A stretch of DNA of 64,000 bases from Marsupella aquatica (lineage: Eukaryota; Plantae; Marchantiophyta). Position numbers and translations under genes: made by a program. Where the stretch lies: positions 16,970,058 to 17,034,057 of the forward strand of contig OZ316897.1 in assembly GCA_973895155.1 (NCBI GenBank). The letters are read 5' to 3'. A model generated the notes under the pieces. It worked only from the letters and a program-made list of their open reading frames with translations, ran no database searches and had not been told where the DNA came from. Below are positions 48,655 through 63,800 of this stretch, one piece after another (the stretch's first letter is position 1; each line of letters starts with the position of its first letter).

Positions 48655-51600
48655 AATCAGCACTGAAAGTTAATGTGCAAGCAAAAATAGATATGCTGCA
48701 TGGTACGGCAGAAAAATAAATGTAAGTAGTGAAATAGTATGTGTGTAGTCAAGGTGTAACTCTATGTCATCAAAAGCTTAATATGAGTATGCTATATATG
48801 TGAATACATCTTGCAAATTTTGTCTTATTCAAATTTTGTGTTCAGTATTTTAATTTTAATGTGCCTTAACAAGGGAATCATTTATATTATTTGAAATTGA
48901 ATTAAATATTTAACCCCTTTTAATTTAGTGAACTTTGAGTATTTTGAATGTATTTTGGCTCCTCTCATAAATGTTTAATTTTCTGTTTCAATCATTCCTT
49001 AGTGCATTCTCTTTTTTCTCGCAAACATATACCCTCCACACCCCTCTGTCTGTGTCTGGAAGGGGAATTGAACCTGGGACTTCAGTTCCAGGCTCATCCT
49101 AGGCCTGACCTAAGCCAGTTGGTTTTGCCACTGATTTTAAGGGTCATGTGGTGGGAAGTTGGCTCCAGTATTGTACATTGGCATGTGCTAATAAGTTAAG
49201 TAGTTTGCATGGTTGTTTTGTGGGTTAGGCTAGATGTTCTTGAAGAAATTGATGCTTCTTAGAGGAATGTTGAGGGTGGGCTGTTTAAAGTACTAACGGC
49301 TTCTTTTTCATTTCACGGTTCTATTCAAATTGCTTTTTCTCTCTTCTTGTACATGGAGTTAGAGAGTGATTTAGTAGAGGCACCCATCATATGTTGGCAT
49401 CCCTTCGGTTCATACAGAATTTATCTTAAGCTTTTGATGATATAATTGTTCATCCTGGAACATGCCTTTTTTGTGTCTTGTAGTGATATGTAATTCATTT
49501 GATTTATTTTATGATAAAAGAGGTGCAGGTAAAGTATTTGCCAAGAAATTACTATCTGTTAATTAAGAGTGAGTGATGTAATACACATGCAAAGAAAAGT
49601 ACAATATGACCTAGAAATACAAAGGTACTAAAGAGTTGTGCACATACATTATATATTTTCATTTGTTTCTAGGTAATGACAATCATCTCAATTAAAACCA
49701 TAAATTTTGTAAAGTAAACCACTAGGGGAACTTAGTACCACAGATGTCCACATTGTTCAAATTCATTTCTCTCACTCTCATGAGTGGGTTGGGTTTTGTG
49801 GGTACTAGTGGATGGGAATGCTTATTATCTAGTCGGCCCTTGTTTGTCCACTTTGTGGCCCTGCTTTATTCCTTTCTCCTTCCTGGTGTGGGACCTGTAG
49901 GATCGGCTCACCCTGAAATAGGTTCCCTACAATGAATGTATGTCACTTATTGGGGTGGGGAGAGAATACTAAGTTTTCCTCCCCATATCTGTTCAAGACA
50001 AAACAAAATCAGTGGCAAGGTAACAAATCTCAGTACTTGTACCTCCTTCTTATGATGCTACTCTCCGTGAAGAAAATCCCAAATGGACTACAAAGTTGAC
50101 CAACAACTCCAGTAGACACCTTAGCTGGACCATTTTTAAACATTGTTTTGAACTCAACCAGTTTTTTGCATGAATGGCTGAATTATTAGGACTTAAAAGG
50201 CATCGTAGGTCCATCAGGTGTAGTTATGGTCACACATTGTTATCCATTCGAGCATCTTTTTCTACTCTATGCAGAGTAAACACATTGGAAAGTAAATTTA
50301 ATCACAAGAATCCAAACAAAATTTCAGACAAAGTAGATGGTGGGGTCCTAATGGCAAGAATAGACTTGGTGAGACTCTCATGATGCACTCCGCATAGCCA
50401 CTTGTCCGATGTCTGATGGAAGGTACCATGAGAAACCATGTCCTCAAGTGGGTAAGGTGCTGACCTTGTTAGAGTGGACTGTGCATCTTGTTCATCTTGG
50501 TCACAAGACACCAAGTTCAAAGCAGAAATATAAAGAACTTGTCAAGAAAACCATGGTGACATTGAAGCACTTTCACTTTGCTCCTAATGGATAAATAGCA
50601 TTGACTCCAAATTTATGGCACAAGAAGGGGCAGAGTTGTTTCCTAAGTTGTTTTCTTTTGAAGTCTTAGTTGTGGAACTCAACTACCCTACCACATAGCT
50701 CCCGTGTCATTGACTCCGACCCCTAGATGATCCTTTATGGTCCAGGCCTCCGGAACGGCCATCCAGTGGCGACTAAGTATTGGCATACTTGTAGACAATG
50801 AAGCATTGCCCTAGAAAAGGCAAGGCATTGCGCTGGTGGCGCACACAATTGAAAGGACTTAGACTAGCAGTGGGAGTTGATCGGGTCATGGGAAGACCCG
50901 AGCTTAAGGGGACCATCCCAACCCCCAGACAGACTTTGAGTTATGAGGGCTTGAGTGAGAGCTCCTCTTGGGCCCAAACTAGGCCAAATGAGTTTACTTC
51001 ATGCACAACTGACACTTGGTGCATAAGATGGCGAGGCTCGAGGACCCCCGACTGACAACAAGTTCTGAGGGCCCGGACATGAGCATTGTGTCTCCCAATC
51101 CTAATGGGCTAAGGCACTTCACCTGCAGACATCTCACTAGAAAGTTAAGGGCATAGCAAGTAGTTACATGCCCATGCGATTGGGTTGGCGTCCATGTTGA
51201 GGGCCAATGAAATACAAGGGACCAAAGTTGGTCCAGGGGTGGCAGGTCTCCAGAAGCATATATGAGGGAAGTGGTGTCTCTGTTGGGCCAGGGGTGAGCC
51301 CAAGTTGTGAAGCGTGTCAATTGCACTACAAACCCAACTACGAAGGGGAACTCAAAATGGAAATGACGACCCGAATGATGATAACTCCTTAGTTAACAGG
51401 AAGTCCGTTATACGACTTCTTGGATTTGTTGGAAAACTCTGGGTATAGGGGTTCCATTGGGTTTTGAGGTTTCTTTTGCTATCTCGCTTGCCCCGGTCGC
51501 CCGCTTGCCAAATCCTGCCAAAATAGTAGCCAAGTCGCATTCAGTATCCCATGGGTGTGTGAGGTCCAAGACTCTCAATTGAGTGGGAGCCTTAGAGGTG

Positions 51601-53536
51601 GTTGATAGAGTTGGGGCCAAACTGGTCCCAGCCTTCGGGACAAGCTACGGGACAAGATAGCTATTTGGGCCTTTCGCATGTCCTGGAGGCAAGGTGGCCA
51701 GCTACTGATGGATAGGAAGTGGGGAAGCCGGGGGGAAGCTTGGGCGACACCAGGTAGGGGGGCTGTTCTAGACAAAGAATGGGTGCTGGCCTTAGCTTGA
51801 GCTTATGGCAAGGCCATGCACGCTTGGGAGGTTCTGTTTGCTACGGGGTTTGCTAACCTACTTACTACCAATTGTTGAGCTTGAGCCAGGACAATAGTAG
51901 TGGGATCCAAAATCATGGCAGGTTACTTACCGATGGGTTTGGTTGCTTGTGTAGGGATCGTTGAGTGACAGTCGTGCTCAAAAGCAAGTGTGGCTTTGTG
52001 TGAGAGTTTCCGGAGGCGGTGATAGAGGCACCCAGCTGCTTGCTCATGGAGTTGCGCGTAGGCATTCGAGCACCAAGGGTACTTAGGCAATAGTACTTGG
52101 TTTGGTGAGGGCGCTGGTAACTAGGTCCACCAATGTTTTATAGAGGTTGAAGAAAAATACCCTTAACGTCCTAGCATGCCCTGAGCCTTTTGCTCGGATG
52201 GGGGAAAACCTCCAAATTTATTGCAAGGTACGTAACACTACAACCCACTAGGCTCTTAGTGGAAAAAACCACTATGAGTACTTGAGATGGTCACAAGGAG
52301 CCATCAAGAATTACTGAGAGAAACGGAGAAAGCAGGTGGACACCGTTCAAATTTAGAGCCTTGCCACCATCCAAGATGTACCACTCGTCACCACAGATAC
52401 TGTGATGTTGTAGTCCCACTTGTAGTGGTTATTATGCTTCATAATGAGCCAACAAAAGATGGGCAAAAAGAGTTTTGAATTGGTGTCTCACTATTTGACT
52501 ACACCTGCATAACGTGTGACGGTTTATTTTTAGATGCCCTTATCAGCGTAAAATTAAGTGGTAGGGTTCAACTGATCACATAATGAAACATGCATTTTTG
52601 AATCTGTGAACCTTTACTTCTACATACAGACTTTGTAATTCTTTCTCAAATTTGAAAAAGGGCCATATCAACTATAAGTTGCATATGATATGAGTTTGTT
52701 TAGAGGTGAGGCCCCTGAGGAAAGAGTTCGGTGAGTATTTAGACAAGAATTCTGATCAGAGTCAGAGTTGTGCACATTGGCCCACCTGCTGGCCCATTGC
52801 AGAACATGATTGTGAATTGGTTTTGGGCCAAGCTTTTGGGACAAAGGTCTTGATCACTTCTTCTTGGGAATTGGGCACATTGACGCACAATCTGAACTCT
52901 CTTGAAAATCTTGGAGCTGCTTGTCCCAGCAGCTCAAAGCCACTTAGATCAATCCTTGTGTCAATATTTCAGGTTGATCCTCACAGCAAGGAACCATATG
53001 AAACCATGAGTAAATTATACCATGTGTGACGTTGAAGTTTTTTCTTCAATAATTAATCAGGTTTGGGGTATTCCACTGCAAGCACTGACAAGCAAGAATT
53101 AAAAAAAAATTTGTCAAACATGATTAAGAAGAAAGGTCGAGATAAAGGCTATTTAATGCAAACTAGTATTGATTAGCCCATGCAAAACTCCTCGGTGCCT
53201 GCTTGTGTAAGATTCTGATCCCAATTCTGATATTAAGAGAAATATCAGACACAAGTTACCGAGGTCATTCTCTTGCCCAGGCTGAGTGGTATAGTAAGCC
53301 ACTGGCATGGGGCAGGTCCTTGGCCTGAAACCTTCTGGCGCAAATAGCATAATATTATTCATCCCACCCAAAAGTGGGGTTCATTCATTCTAGTTACACT
53401 TCAAAAAATTATGAGGTAGTGGGCAGCAGGCACAGGTGGGTAGGTGGGTTCATGAGGTGTAACGGAGACTCATAATGAGAGTTGATCTTGCCTTTGAAGC
53501 TTAATAAACATGAGGGCTAGAAGGAGGCATACAGAC

Positions 53537-53881
53537 CAGTGTTTTTTTTAGTGGCAAAAATTTGCTAGATTCTACTATTTTGCTGGCTCACTAGCCAGTG
53601 TTTCACTGAATCTTTTTAGTGGCAAAAATTTGCTAGATTCCACCTCCCCAAAAATCCTTCGCCACTTTTGGCAAAAAATTTCTACTATTTTGCTGGCTCA
53701 CTAGCCAGTGTTTCACTGAATCCCAGGTCCCATTAGCCAGAATTTAACGGTCAGTTTTAAATCTAGGGAGATCTGACGGTCAGGAAAATAATTGAATAGG
53801 GAATCTTCTGAGCATCTTCTCCCTCACACACTTTACATTTGCCACTCTGGCTAAAAAGTGAATTCCTTAAAAAATACGCTG
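53537..53881. mobile_element. Probable hAT-like MITE with internal duplications
   Basis: Ends CAGTGTTTTTTT / AAAAAATACGCTG; flanks ATACAGAC / ATCCAGAC (7/8 TSD); internal duplicated blocks 53546-53722. A similar right end occurs near 23431-23454. Confidence 0.65.
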
Positions 53882-56800
53882 ATCCAGACCTCCACTCCAA
53901 AGCCCAAACAAATCAACAACTGAGACAACAAATAAAAGAAGATTAAGTTCTTTAGGTCCTGGTGGATTGATGAGACAAACTGCTGGTTTCCAAGTTGGTG
54001 GCATCAATTGACTCATTATGGCCAGATCTGTCCCATCAAAACCTCAATCATAGAAAATCTCTACAATTTGCTACTGTGAGAAAACCAAAAAGTGAAGAGA
54101 ATCTGACTAGTATAATGAAGTTACTAAAAAACAAAAGGGCTAAATGCATACTCTATGTATTGAAAGTGTCAGGAAAGCAAGTGTTGGCAGATCAGTGCAA
54201 CTATTGCCTGAGAAAGGATTCTATTTTGAAGTTTTTTTTTACTGTTTAAGCAACTTTCTTATATGTGATCATAAACTTTCTTCCCAATGAAGTGTATGGA
54301 CTTACATGGCTTCCAAACAGATCACCGTTGCCTGTACATTCTATTTTTCTATTAATGGTTTGTGTACTGTTAGTGATATGCCTTCTCTTAGTTAGATGTT
54401 TTCAAGTTCCCAGCATTTTTTTCGTGGTCTTTGCCTTTATACCTCAGGGGTGCAATTGTTTTGTCTCTCAGGCTGGATTTCCTACCAATAAGCTTGATGT
54501 AAAGTAACGGGCTTCAGATAAGGACAGGGTGGAGGATTTGCTGTGCATAGGATATTCAGGTTACTCACAAAACCCTCACAAAACAAATCACAAATTAAAT
54601 AACTCAACAGCCTGCAGGTCAGGTGGCTTCTTTATAAGCTGAAGTCAGGGTAGCATTTTCCGCAATGTTACCAAATGGCCCAATCATTCCACACCTACCA
54701 TAGACTTTTTATTTTCCTTGCCTCCCAATGGTAGTCTGTTGTCATATAATTGACCAATATTCTTAACAACGAAGACTTCATCTTCATACATGTACAGTGG
54801 TTTTCCTGATTTGTTTGCTTTTACCTTACCAGTCCTGGTCATAAATACAGCTTGCCATGTTAATAATTGGGACAAGTGATAAATTAAATCAGTAGCTAAT
54901 TGGGTCACGGTCTTTCATTGAAGACCGCAAAGAGCAGAATAATTACATGGACCACACAAGCACTCAACCATGACATTTCTTGCCGAGTCCATTTGGAGAC
55001 TACCCGTGGAGTTTGGTAAAACATTTCTTTTCAAAGTGGGACAACGCCCAAGTTTTAACCAGGTTAGTAGTGCAAACAGCGTATTAGAGCAGCTTGGCTG
55101 TGCATGAGTACTTCATTGACAATTATTTGCTATAATTTATCTAATACAGGGTTTTAATGTTAATTAATTAAACCATTTATGGCAAAATTTTGAGACTCAG
55201 ATCTTGCCAAAATGACTTTATGTGCCTCAGGTGGTGAATTCTTCACAGAAATTTGAAAATTAACCCTATCATCTCTTCACAGCCCTTGGTCCTCGGCTTA
55301 AGTTCTGGCCAAAACTCACTAATAAGAAGAGATCATAGTTCCAAACCTACACACAACTTGGGGGCCACCCACCATTGCAAAAAGAATAACTGTTTAAAAT
55401 GCATGGTTTTCTTGGTTTCAGGTAAAACTAATTCACGAGTTATAGCCAAAATCATAAAGCTCTCCCAAGAGAGCATTATCCTGCTCGAGGTGCTTTTTCC
55501 AGGGACATTGTTCCTTAGTGAGGCCTTTGGCTACTTGAGGCACAATTCTTATGCCTCTATTGGGTTTTTTTTGCCTAGGTGAGCATGTCTCCGGTTGGGC
55601 TCCCCTGTTTTTTTTGGCAGTTTGAAATATATAGTTTGCACGAAATGAATGCGTCACATAGAAATGATCGCTTGATGGTGGAGGACAAGTCAATGCCGTT
55701 GGTCACTCACACAGTCAAGCGAAGACATGGGGCAGGCAGCGACATAGCCACGCCTACCAATATCAACGGAGTTCACGGTTGGACACTAATAATAAGATCT
55801 TTACTTTATCAACGGTCTAATCAGAAGAAAAACTGAAAAAGACTCAGAAGAAGGAAAGATGTCACGATTCGCGACCCGTCACCGAAAAGTCTGGCAAGCC
55901 ATTACTATGTGCAAAGAAAGTGTCAGAAACTGCTTTGCCTTAGATTAGGGAGACGGCTTAAAATTAGCACAGTGAAAGATTGCACATCGTATTCGTCGTC
56001 TCTTTCGGAATTCGATTGCTGAAAGCTTGCAACTCAGCGCCAGGACGGCCAGGACGGTATATGTGGGGCAGGTGGAATCTCTCTCTCTCTCTCTGACTGG
56101 GTTTGACCCCGATAATCGAGCTGGGTACATGGAGTCAAGGGAGGCCCACAACTTAAAGAAGCCAAGGCAAGCTAGAAACGCTTACTTCTACCGTAGTGTT
56201 CTGGTGAGCAGTGTGAGGAGACTGATTGCCTACAGGAGCAGTGGAACCGTAGCCTTGGAGCAAAGATGCTGCACAGCACCAGCGAGTTGACTCACACACC
56301 TTCTCTGTCAAGTGGATCCAAGAATCGTGCTATGGCAGAGGGACTGTAGAAATAAACTCCAAGTCCATTGACCTACTGTTGAGGAAGTGGGTACTACCCT
56401 TCCCAGATACAACCATATGTCATGTCGTCCACTGAATATTTTGGAGTTTGGATCAGCATCATAGTTTTGAGGTTTTCCTTTTTTGTTAGCCAATGTCACC
56501 TTGTGTGACGAGAGGTATTCTATGTTGCTAGCAAACAGAAGATTTTGATAGCGAGGAGATTTGGCAGCGAGACAATACTGGTTCCAAATTTCAGTTACTT
56601 TTTGGTGCCTTTTACATTTTTTGTGTTTTTTTAAAGGCTGCAGATGGCTAGCGAGATCGCTAGCAAAAAGGGAGTCCCCAAAAAGGATGTTACCAACCAA
56701 GTAGTTGATAGCGAGGCAGTTGCATATAGAAAAATAGGGGTCATGCAGGAATTTTGTTTGCTCGTGCGAGTAAAATTTTTACTGTTTGCTCGCACGTTAC

Positions 56801-59315
56801 AATTACCCGAGTGACGAGAAGATGTTAAGAACATTCCTTGGGTTTTAGTTTTGTTAGCCCAAGTCACCTTGTGTGAAGAGAAGATGTTAAGAACATTCCT
56901 TTCCTACCCCAAATCTCTCTAGGTTTAGGGTGACCATCATATTTTAGCTATTAGGGTCTGTGGCTAACTAGTAAATTAGCTAAATATGGCTGATAGAAAA
57001 ACTTGCCAAGTTTTGCACAAAGGTCAAGTCTTGCAAAAATTTTGACACCGAGAGAAACACTGGTTTGGACATTTCCATTCCCTCTCATGGTCGCACAATC
57101 ACTCTTGTTTTGTAGGCCAACCGCAAATGGGCTGTACTCTCAGTTGCAGCCACCCTCAAATGGGCCACACTTTGTTTCCATACTCAAATGAGCTACTCCC
57201 TTATTATTCTGTAGCCACCCTCAAGTGCATGATGAAATCATACTGTCCTCATGTGCCTGTTATGCAGCCTTTTTGTACTTCCTTTCAGCTAATTTCTGAC
57301 CTTCCCAGTAAAGATCTTTATGCCCCTCACTGATCTGGAGTTTGGGCATTGCAATGCAATTCCACTATTAAGGACACTCTAGCAAAGCAATCCCTCAAAC
57401 TGGCGACACCCTCATTTCCAGACACCCTCAAATGCCTGATGACTCTAGGATTGCATTCTTTGAAAATTCATTCAGGACATTCCTTGTGACATTCTAGCTC
57501 ATTAAGTTCTTAATAGGCTCAAATTGGGCTCCAACATCAAGAATTACTTGAATTCCCTTTTGTTTTGTTTACATGACAACTGGAACTTTGTAGGTTTCCA
57601 TTTTGTTTACATCCAGTAAGCTAAACTCAGTCTTTTAGTGTGTTTGGGCATGGTACATAAGTTAATGGGATGATTTGCCTTTGCCTTTTCTCAAGGCATG
57701 TGTCTAGATGATCATGTTTGGTCTTTGTTGAATTGATTGAAAGTACTCCATAAGTACATCCCTCGCCACTATTAGTGTGAGTGGAAACCTTGGCCACGGC
57801 ACAAAATGAGACTTCCGTTTACTTGGATAAAACATCCTATTTTTCCTTATCAAATTGAATTTATTCTGCAACAATTTTTATTAAGTTTGGAATTCCCTTG
57901 AACCAATAAATTATCCATATGTTGTGTTGCATGTGATGTACTATTTTGTGGAAGTCAGACCAAACCACAAGTCCAATACACCATAAAAGTTGCAGATTAA
58001 AATTTTCAAAATTTAATTTCCTTCTCTAAGTTTGGAAAATATTCCACAAATTGGTCTTTAAGAGGGGGGGGGGTGGGCGTTGTATGAAGGGCCATACATC
58101 ACGTGCGAAGGTTTGGATCATTTACGACCCCCCTAAGTCACTTTGAATAAAGTTGTACGACACCAATCACAATGCCCTGTATGCATTTTATAATAAATAA
58201 CCCTATATTTTCATTAACAACGTAATAAGTCTTCCATCAAAGTCACTTAAATGGACCTATACTTTGTCACACCTGATATGCCACTTTCATGGAAGTAACC
58301 CTCCAGTTAAAATCATTGTCTTTTTCTTGTGAGCTTCAAAATTAGATTTCAAGCACCCTAACACTTTCTATATTAACGATGATCAAAACTTTTGTTCTAC
58401 TGCACAAAAGACAAGGGAAGAAGGATAAGACCTTAGCAATGTTTGTTTTTCCATAAAAAAGGTCTTTCCTTAAGAACCAATAAAATGACCCTGTATCTTG
58501 TTGAACAGGATGTGCCATTGTTGCTAAAGCAAGATCCCCAAGCTGCCCCCCAAGAAGACCAGACCTGTCTAGCCAGCCTGAAGCAAAAGCTATAACACAA
58601 CCGGGTAATTTTTTCAATCCATTATCCTCAGTCCTAGGCTCAAATCCTTGTTGGAACTCTTTGAAGAATATTGTGAAAACTATCCACTAGGGACATGAGG
58701 GGTCCAAACAAACAATAGTGTTGTCTCTCCGTCTATGTGTAAAGAGAAACAAGAGGTGACAAGTGACATTGCTAGGTAACCTAGGAAACCATTTTGTGAA
58801 GCGAGTGAAGTGTCACTTGAGAACCTAGGGTGAAGGGGGAATGGCCAAGCAAAAACTAAACCTCGAAATGAAAAGAATAGAGATACATATTGCACCTTAC
58901 ATCAAGGAAAACAAAATGTCCAAATAGGAAGTCTCAAAGCTTCCTAGTTACGGTGACAAGAGAGTATAACCTTTTTCCAGAAAGGACCAAAGAACAAACA
59001 AAAGAGGTCCAAAGCGGACAAAACCAAACCCAAAAGAAGAGAGCTGAAGGATTGGCCATAGCTTGTTCACAGGGTTGTGTAAAAGTTTTCTCACTAGCCT
59101 ACGATGACTTGTGGTCATAGCGTATGACCAATCTTTATGGCAAAAAGTCATGGATCAGGAATTTGGTAGTCCACAACTTTTTCTTTCTATAACTTTTTTA
59201 AGGACAAGTCAAGGTCCATCAAATTTTGTGGTTTGAGACCCCCTATTGAAACTTATATGCATGCATTTTGCAAGGTAAATTACCGACTAGAGTACACTTT
59301 CCACTAGGCCCTGCC

Positions 59316-59668
59316 TAGACTAGCTGTTTCCAGGGTAGGAACCATAGCAGCTCCCTAGGCTTATAAAAAAAATGAACTTCTCAGACCATATTGCTTTGTT
59401 TGTCTAGACTAACATACTTCCAGGGAAGTGACCTCAGCTGGACCTTAGCTGCTTCCTAGGTTAATTACAAAACGAGCTGCTCAGAAGGTTTCCAATATTG
59501 TTTTGTTAGTCAAGACTCACATACTTCCAGGGTAGTGACCTCAGCTGCTTCCTAGGGTTATTAAAAAAACGAACTGCTCAGAAAGGTTCCCATTGTTAAG
59601 TTAGTTTAGACTAACATACGTCCAGGTTAGCTGTTTCCTAGGTTCATTAAAAGCAAAAAACTTCTCAA
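59316..59668. repeat. Degenerate tandem repeat, about 90-105-bp unit, 4 copies
   Basis: Recurring AGACTAACATACTTCCAGGG...AGCTGCTTCCTAGG...AAAACGAACTGCTCAGAA near 59316, 59405, 59512 and 59607. Confidence 0.8.
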
Positions 59669-59856
59669 TTTCAGCTTCCCATATTTGTGTCTCTTGGGTC
59701 TTCTGAGCAGCCTCTACTCTGTCGGCAATAAGGCTGTAAGAGACAAGCTTCACCAATACTTCGTACAATTTTCAGTGTCAGCCCCTGTCCCATGCAGTCA
59801 GCTTCATGCCCAGTTTCACTTTCCCCAACCTATTTATAGTCCCAGGAACCTTCCTG

Positions 59857-60337
59857 TTGACTAGCCTGGGTTAGCATTAAACCCATTGCCCGGTTGGATC
59901 AGCACAGCTACTCCACACATTCACTGTAGCTGGTTGAGAAATGGATCAAATCATTGGGGTGGGAGGAGTAATGAGGAGTGCACCTGGAAGAACGAGTCCT
60001 TCCACAGTTCCACTATTATAGCCGCAAAAAGGGAGGATGTGTGGAGAAGTGACCCTGGTCAACATGTCGGCGCACCCATTGGCCCTCGTTCCTGTTGAGT
60101 GACGACGGGTCCAGCCCTATGGTCAGGTCAGGTTGACCTTTGATTATTATTGAATCGGTGAGACTGTGGGACTGGATTCACAAATTCAGGCGTGGACAAT
60201 TTCGAGACTTGGTTGTCTACTGACCGGTTCACTGCTGGACACATGGGCTGGTCTAGTCTGCTTCCGTCTCTTGCATACCACCGCAGGCAGCCCACAATTC
60301 TTCAATTCAGCCTGAGAATTGAAATTGTGATTTGACT
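59857..60337. promoter_or_regulatory. W-box cluster upstream of the WRKY gene
   Basis: TTGACT 59857, GGTCAA 60057, TTGACC 60133 (preceded by GGTCAGGTCA), TTGACT 60332. Confidence 0.55.
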
Positions 60338-60875
60338 TCAAACGCGTTTCTCCCGGTGTCTTCCTTTGCGTGCTACACGCCAGACTATGCTAGATCCCAG
60401 CAGCAGCCACCTGGGAATAGCCAGCCGGGGTCGGAGGGGGCAGGGACCCCAAAACAAAACGCACCTTTCTGCTCACGGAAACTCATGAAAATTTGTCGGT
60501 CTCATTTCACAGGTCTCGGCAGCTTCAGCACCATAAGAGAGAGCAAAAAGCTTGTGCACTTCATTTTGCAGCCGACCGTACCAGAAGATCAGTTGGTCTG
60601 GACAACTTCTATCTCATAGAGTGCATGAGCTTGCGGCCAAACTCTTCTGAATTTCTCCACTCTCTACTTTGGTAGCTTTTCGCCTCCGATCAGTTTGCAT
60701 CCCACCATCCACACGGGCCAGGTCGGTCACAGGCGGTGGTGGAAAGGGAACTACACTGTGGCTCGGGTTGTTTGTACTACTAGGCAGCAATTTGTCAACA
60801 ATCATCGAGCAATCTCGTAGAGAAACTCTGGACCGTACCGAGCAATCTCTCAAGATAGGGACGGTTAATCTTAGC

Positions 60876-63800
60876 ATGGGGTTAAGTAGTGGGGAAGATC
60901 AAAGAACAGGATCAGGTACTATGGAGAAGAGAGGAGCGGATCGTTCCTCCCAAAGAGGAATGGAGTTGTCTGTCGCAATTCCATTTGAAATCGTGGACAA
61001 GGATCCAGAGCTTAAGTTGAGCAATACTTCTCATGATACGAAATCGAATTCCGTGGCAGCTGAGTTCGTAAGTCTGCAATCCAACAACCAGCGAACAAGC
61101 GACACAGAAGCACCGAGAACTACGCAACAGCTTTTTCTGGAAAACGAGGTAAGCGAATTTCTCGTCCGCTTAATCACCGGTGATTTTATCCGGATATGTA
61201 CGTTGAGTCGTCCTCGGTTCTCCTGCGTTGCTCAAGATACACAGCAATGATCATGTGGCCTAGCAGGATCTCATCTTAGAAACAAACCTTGTCGCTTTGT
61301 TAGCTCTATCTCCAGCGTCGAAGGCCACGACTGAGAAAGGAGCTCAGCTCTTCGGAACGAGAATTGCTAGAATTTAGGCCGCCACTGTCTGTACTGGCTG
61401 AAACCCGTTTCAAACATTTGATCTTGAGCCGGTCCAGGCGTGTCGATCGGATAGAATGGTCTAGCTCTTCTAGTCGCTCTCTCGTTAATCGTCTCCCATT
61501 CGACGTACTTGCAGAACCGGCAACCGATTCGAGAAACCGTTGCCCGTAATGGGAGCGATAGATCAACTGTGGAGGATGCATCACCTCCCTTGTCTCCTGA
61601 ACAGTCCCCCAGAAGTAAAGTGGACCTCCGGAACCAGGTTTGTCCCCTTCTCCTTTTACATATTGTGAATGGAGAGAGCCTTCTGAACCAAGGAAGGAGA
61701 AAGTTCGAAGAGGTCTACTGAACTTCTGTCACAGTCTCGCTGTTAGCTGCAATGTGCTCGAGGAAGAGCTTTGGAAACAGTAGTATGCTACCTTGCTAAC
61801 GGAACTTGCACAATAGATCGCGGCCATAGTATTTTAAAGAGGCAGCTAGATTTGAACCATAAAATGAAATTAGTGTGTTTACCAACATGGTGAATCTATC
61901 TAACTCGAGATTCGATGCCTTTGATTTGTACAGCTCAAAAGAACAAGAGATGAGATGGACAGGGTGATCCAAGAAAACCAGCAGATGAAGAAAATGTTGA
62001 CTCTGGTCACTAATGAATACCAAGCTCTTCATCAGCATATGATAACAATTGTCAATCAGCAACAACAGGAGATTAAAGCAGCTGCGCAGGCGGCTTCTGC
62101 TGTCGCTGCAGCAGCAACACCAGCTGGCCCCGGAGAGATCGTTCTGCTTGGACAACGAGCAAGTCCCCAAAGAAGCTTTCCTGCGGCTTCATCCCATTCC
62201 GGAAGCCAGCGGTCACGAAGCCTCACTCCTCCAGATTCTGGAAGTGCTATGGTCTCGCAGGCTCCTGCCAGCAAGGTGAAGCCTGAATCCGGGAAAGTCC
62301 CGATGGAAATGACTCAAGTTTCTCAGGAATTAAGAAAGAATTCCCGACAAACTACTGCTGGTGGACAGCGACCCTATGCTCAGGAAACAAAATCCCAATC
62401 CTCAGAGCGAGATTCAGCTATGGAAACTAATGAGTCTCCCTCCCACGAAGAAACAGCTGTGTCTGAGGCTCAGGAACAGCCCCAGGGGTGGCCACCAAAT
62501 AAAAGGATGAAGTCAGTCTTGCAGGATACTTCTGTCCGCAATGCCCGTGTTTCCGTGCGCACTCGAACGGAAGCTCCAACGGTAAGGGAGCTGGGAATTT
62601 GAATACTTTTTCAGTTGATTTTCGCCGAATTGAATTCAGCAAATGCTTAGGGACGTCTTGCTTTACAACAGAAAATATTTTTGTCGGTTAGAATTTGGGC
62701 TCTGAGCTTTCTTGATCGTTTACAGATGAACGATGGTTGCCAGTGGCGCAAATATGGACAAAAACTTGCTAAAGGAAATCCTTGCCCTCGCGCTTACTAT
62801 CGCTGTACTGTCGCTCCTGGATGCCCAGTTCGGAAGCAGGTGAGCTATTTCGAACTCATCATGTATATGTATTATTCTCTCTGTTTCAGCTTAGGTTGGC
62901 GTTGATTATGGGCATCATTATGGCATCGGTGCCAATTCTTTCAATGAAGGTGGGGGTTGTTAATTGCCATGTGAGTGGCGATAGATAGACCAACGACGAA
63001 ATCTGTGTCGTGCTCTTTCGAGGCGCTAGAACCTCCCACTCTAACTGGATCAGACGTCCCACTCTAACTGGATCAGACGTCTTCTGTCAAGTTCTCGATC
63101 GATGATACATGTGGCAACTATAGACAATATGGTCGTCTTGGATCTTTGGACATTGTCGACGGGCGATTGACGTATTCGTTCGAATATTCTTGTAGGTTCA
63201 AAGGTGTGCAGATGATCGGTCGATATTAACTACGACTTACGAAGGGACTCACAGTCATCCTCTGCCCGCGGCTGCTATGGCGATGGCCTCTACCACTTCT
63301 GCTGCCGCTGGGATGCTGCTGTCGGGTTCTTCCACAAGTAACGACAGAGGAGAAGGGGGCGAAAACGCCTACAACCTGGCGGCTACGCACTCGGTACCCA
63401 TGATGACCGCCTCGGCACCGTTCCCCACTATTACACTAGACCTGACCCGTAGTATGAACCCAGCCATAGATCAGATACACATTGATGCTGGCAACGCCAG
63501 CTCTCGGATGCCCTTTTCTTTTGCTTCTCAATCAGCTGGATTGCAGATGCACGCCGGAGCCATGTTAGGAGCAATTCAATCTCCTTATTATGCAGCTGCA
63601 CAGAAGCCCGCTACTGGTGCATTTCCCATTTACGCCAATCCTCTCGTAGTCCAACAACAACAGCAGCATGCGAGAGCAGGGCCCCCTCAACTTCTTGCTG
63701 ACAGCGTGACTGCAGCAACAGCCGCTATCACATCGGATCCGAACTTCACAGCCGCCCTAGCTGCGGCAATAACCTCTATGCTGAGCTCTCAAGCAGGTGG

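Noticed and set aside
50160-52300. Possible degraded retroelement coding remnant (also about 22500-24900)
   Set aside because: Composition is suggestive, but I found no diagnostic motif or termini. A translated search is needed.
61316-61549. Alternative WRKY exon 2 starting at the AG at 61314-61315
   Set aside because: That frame hits TAA at 61547-61549, whereas the acceptor at 61514 gives an open phase-0 exon.
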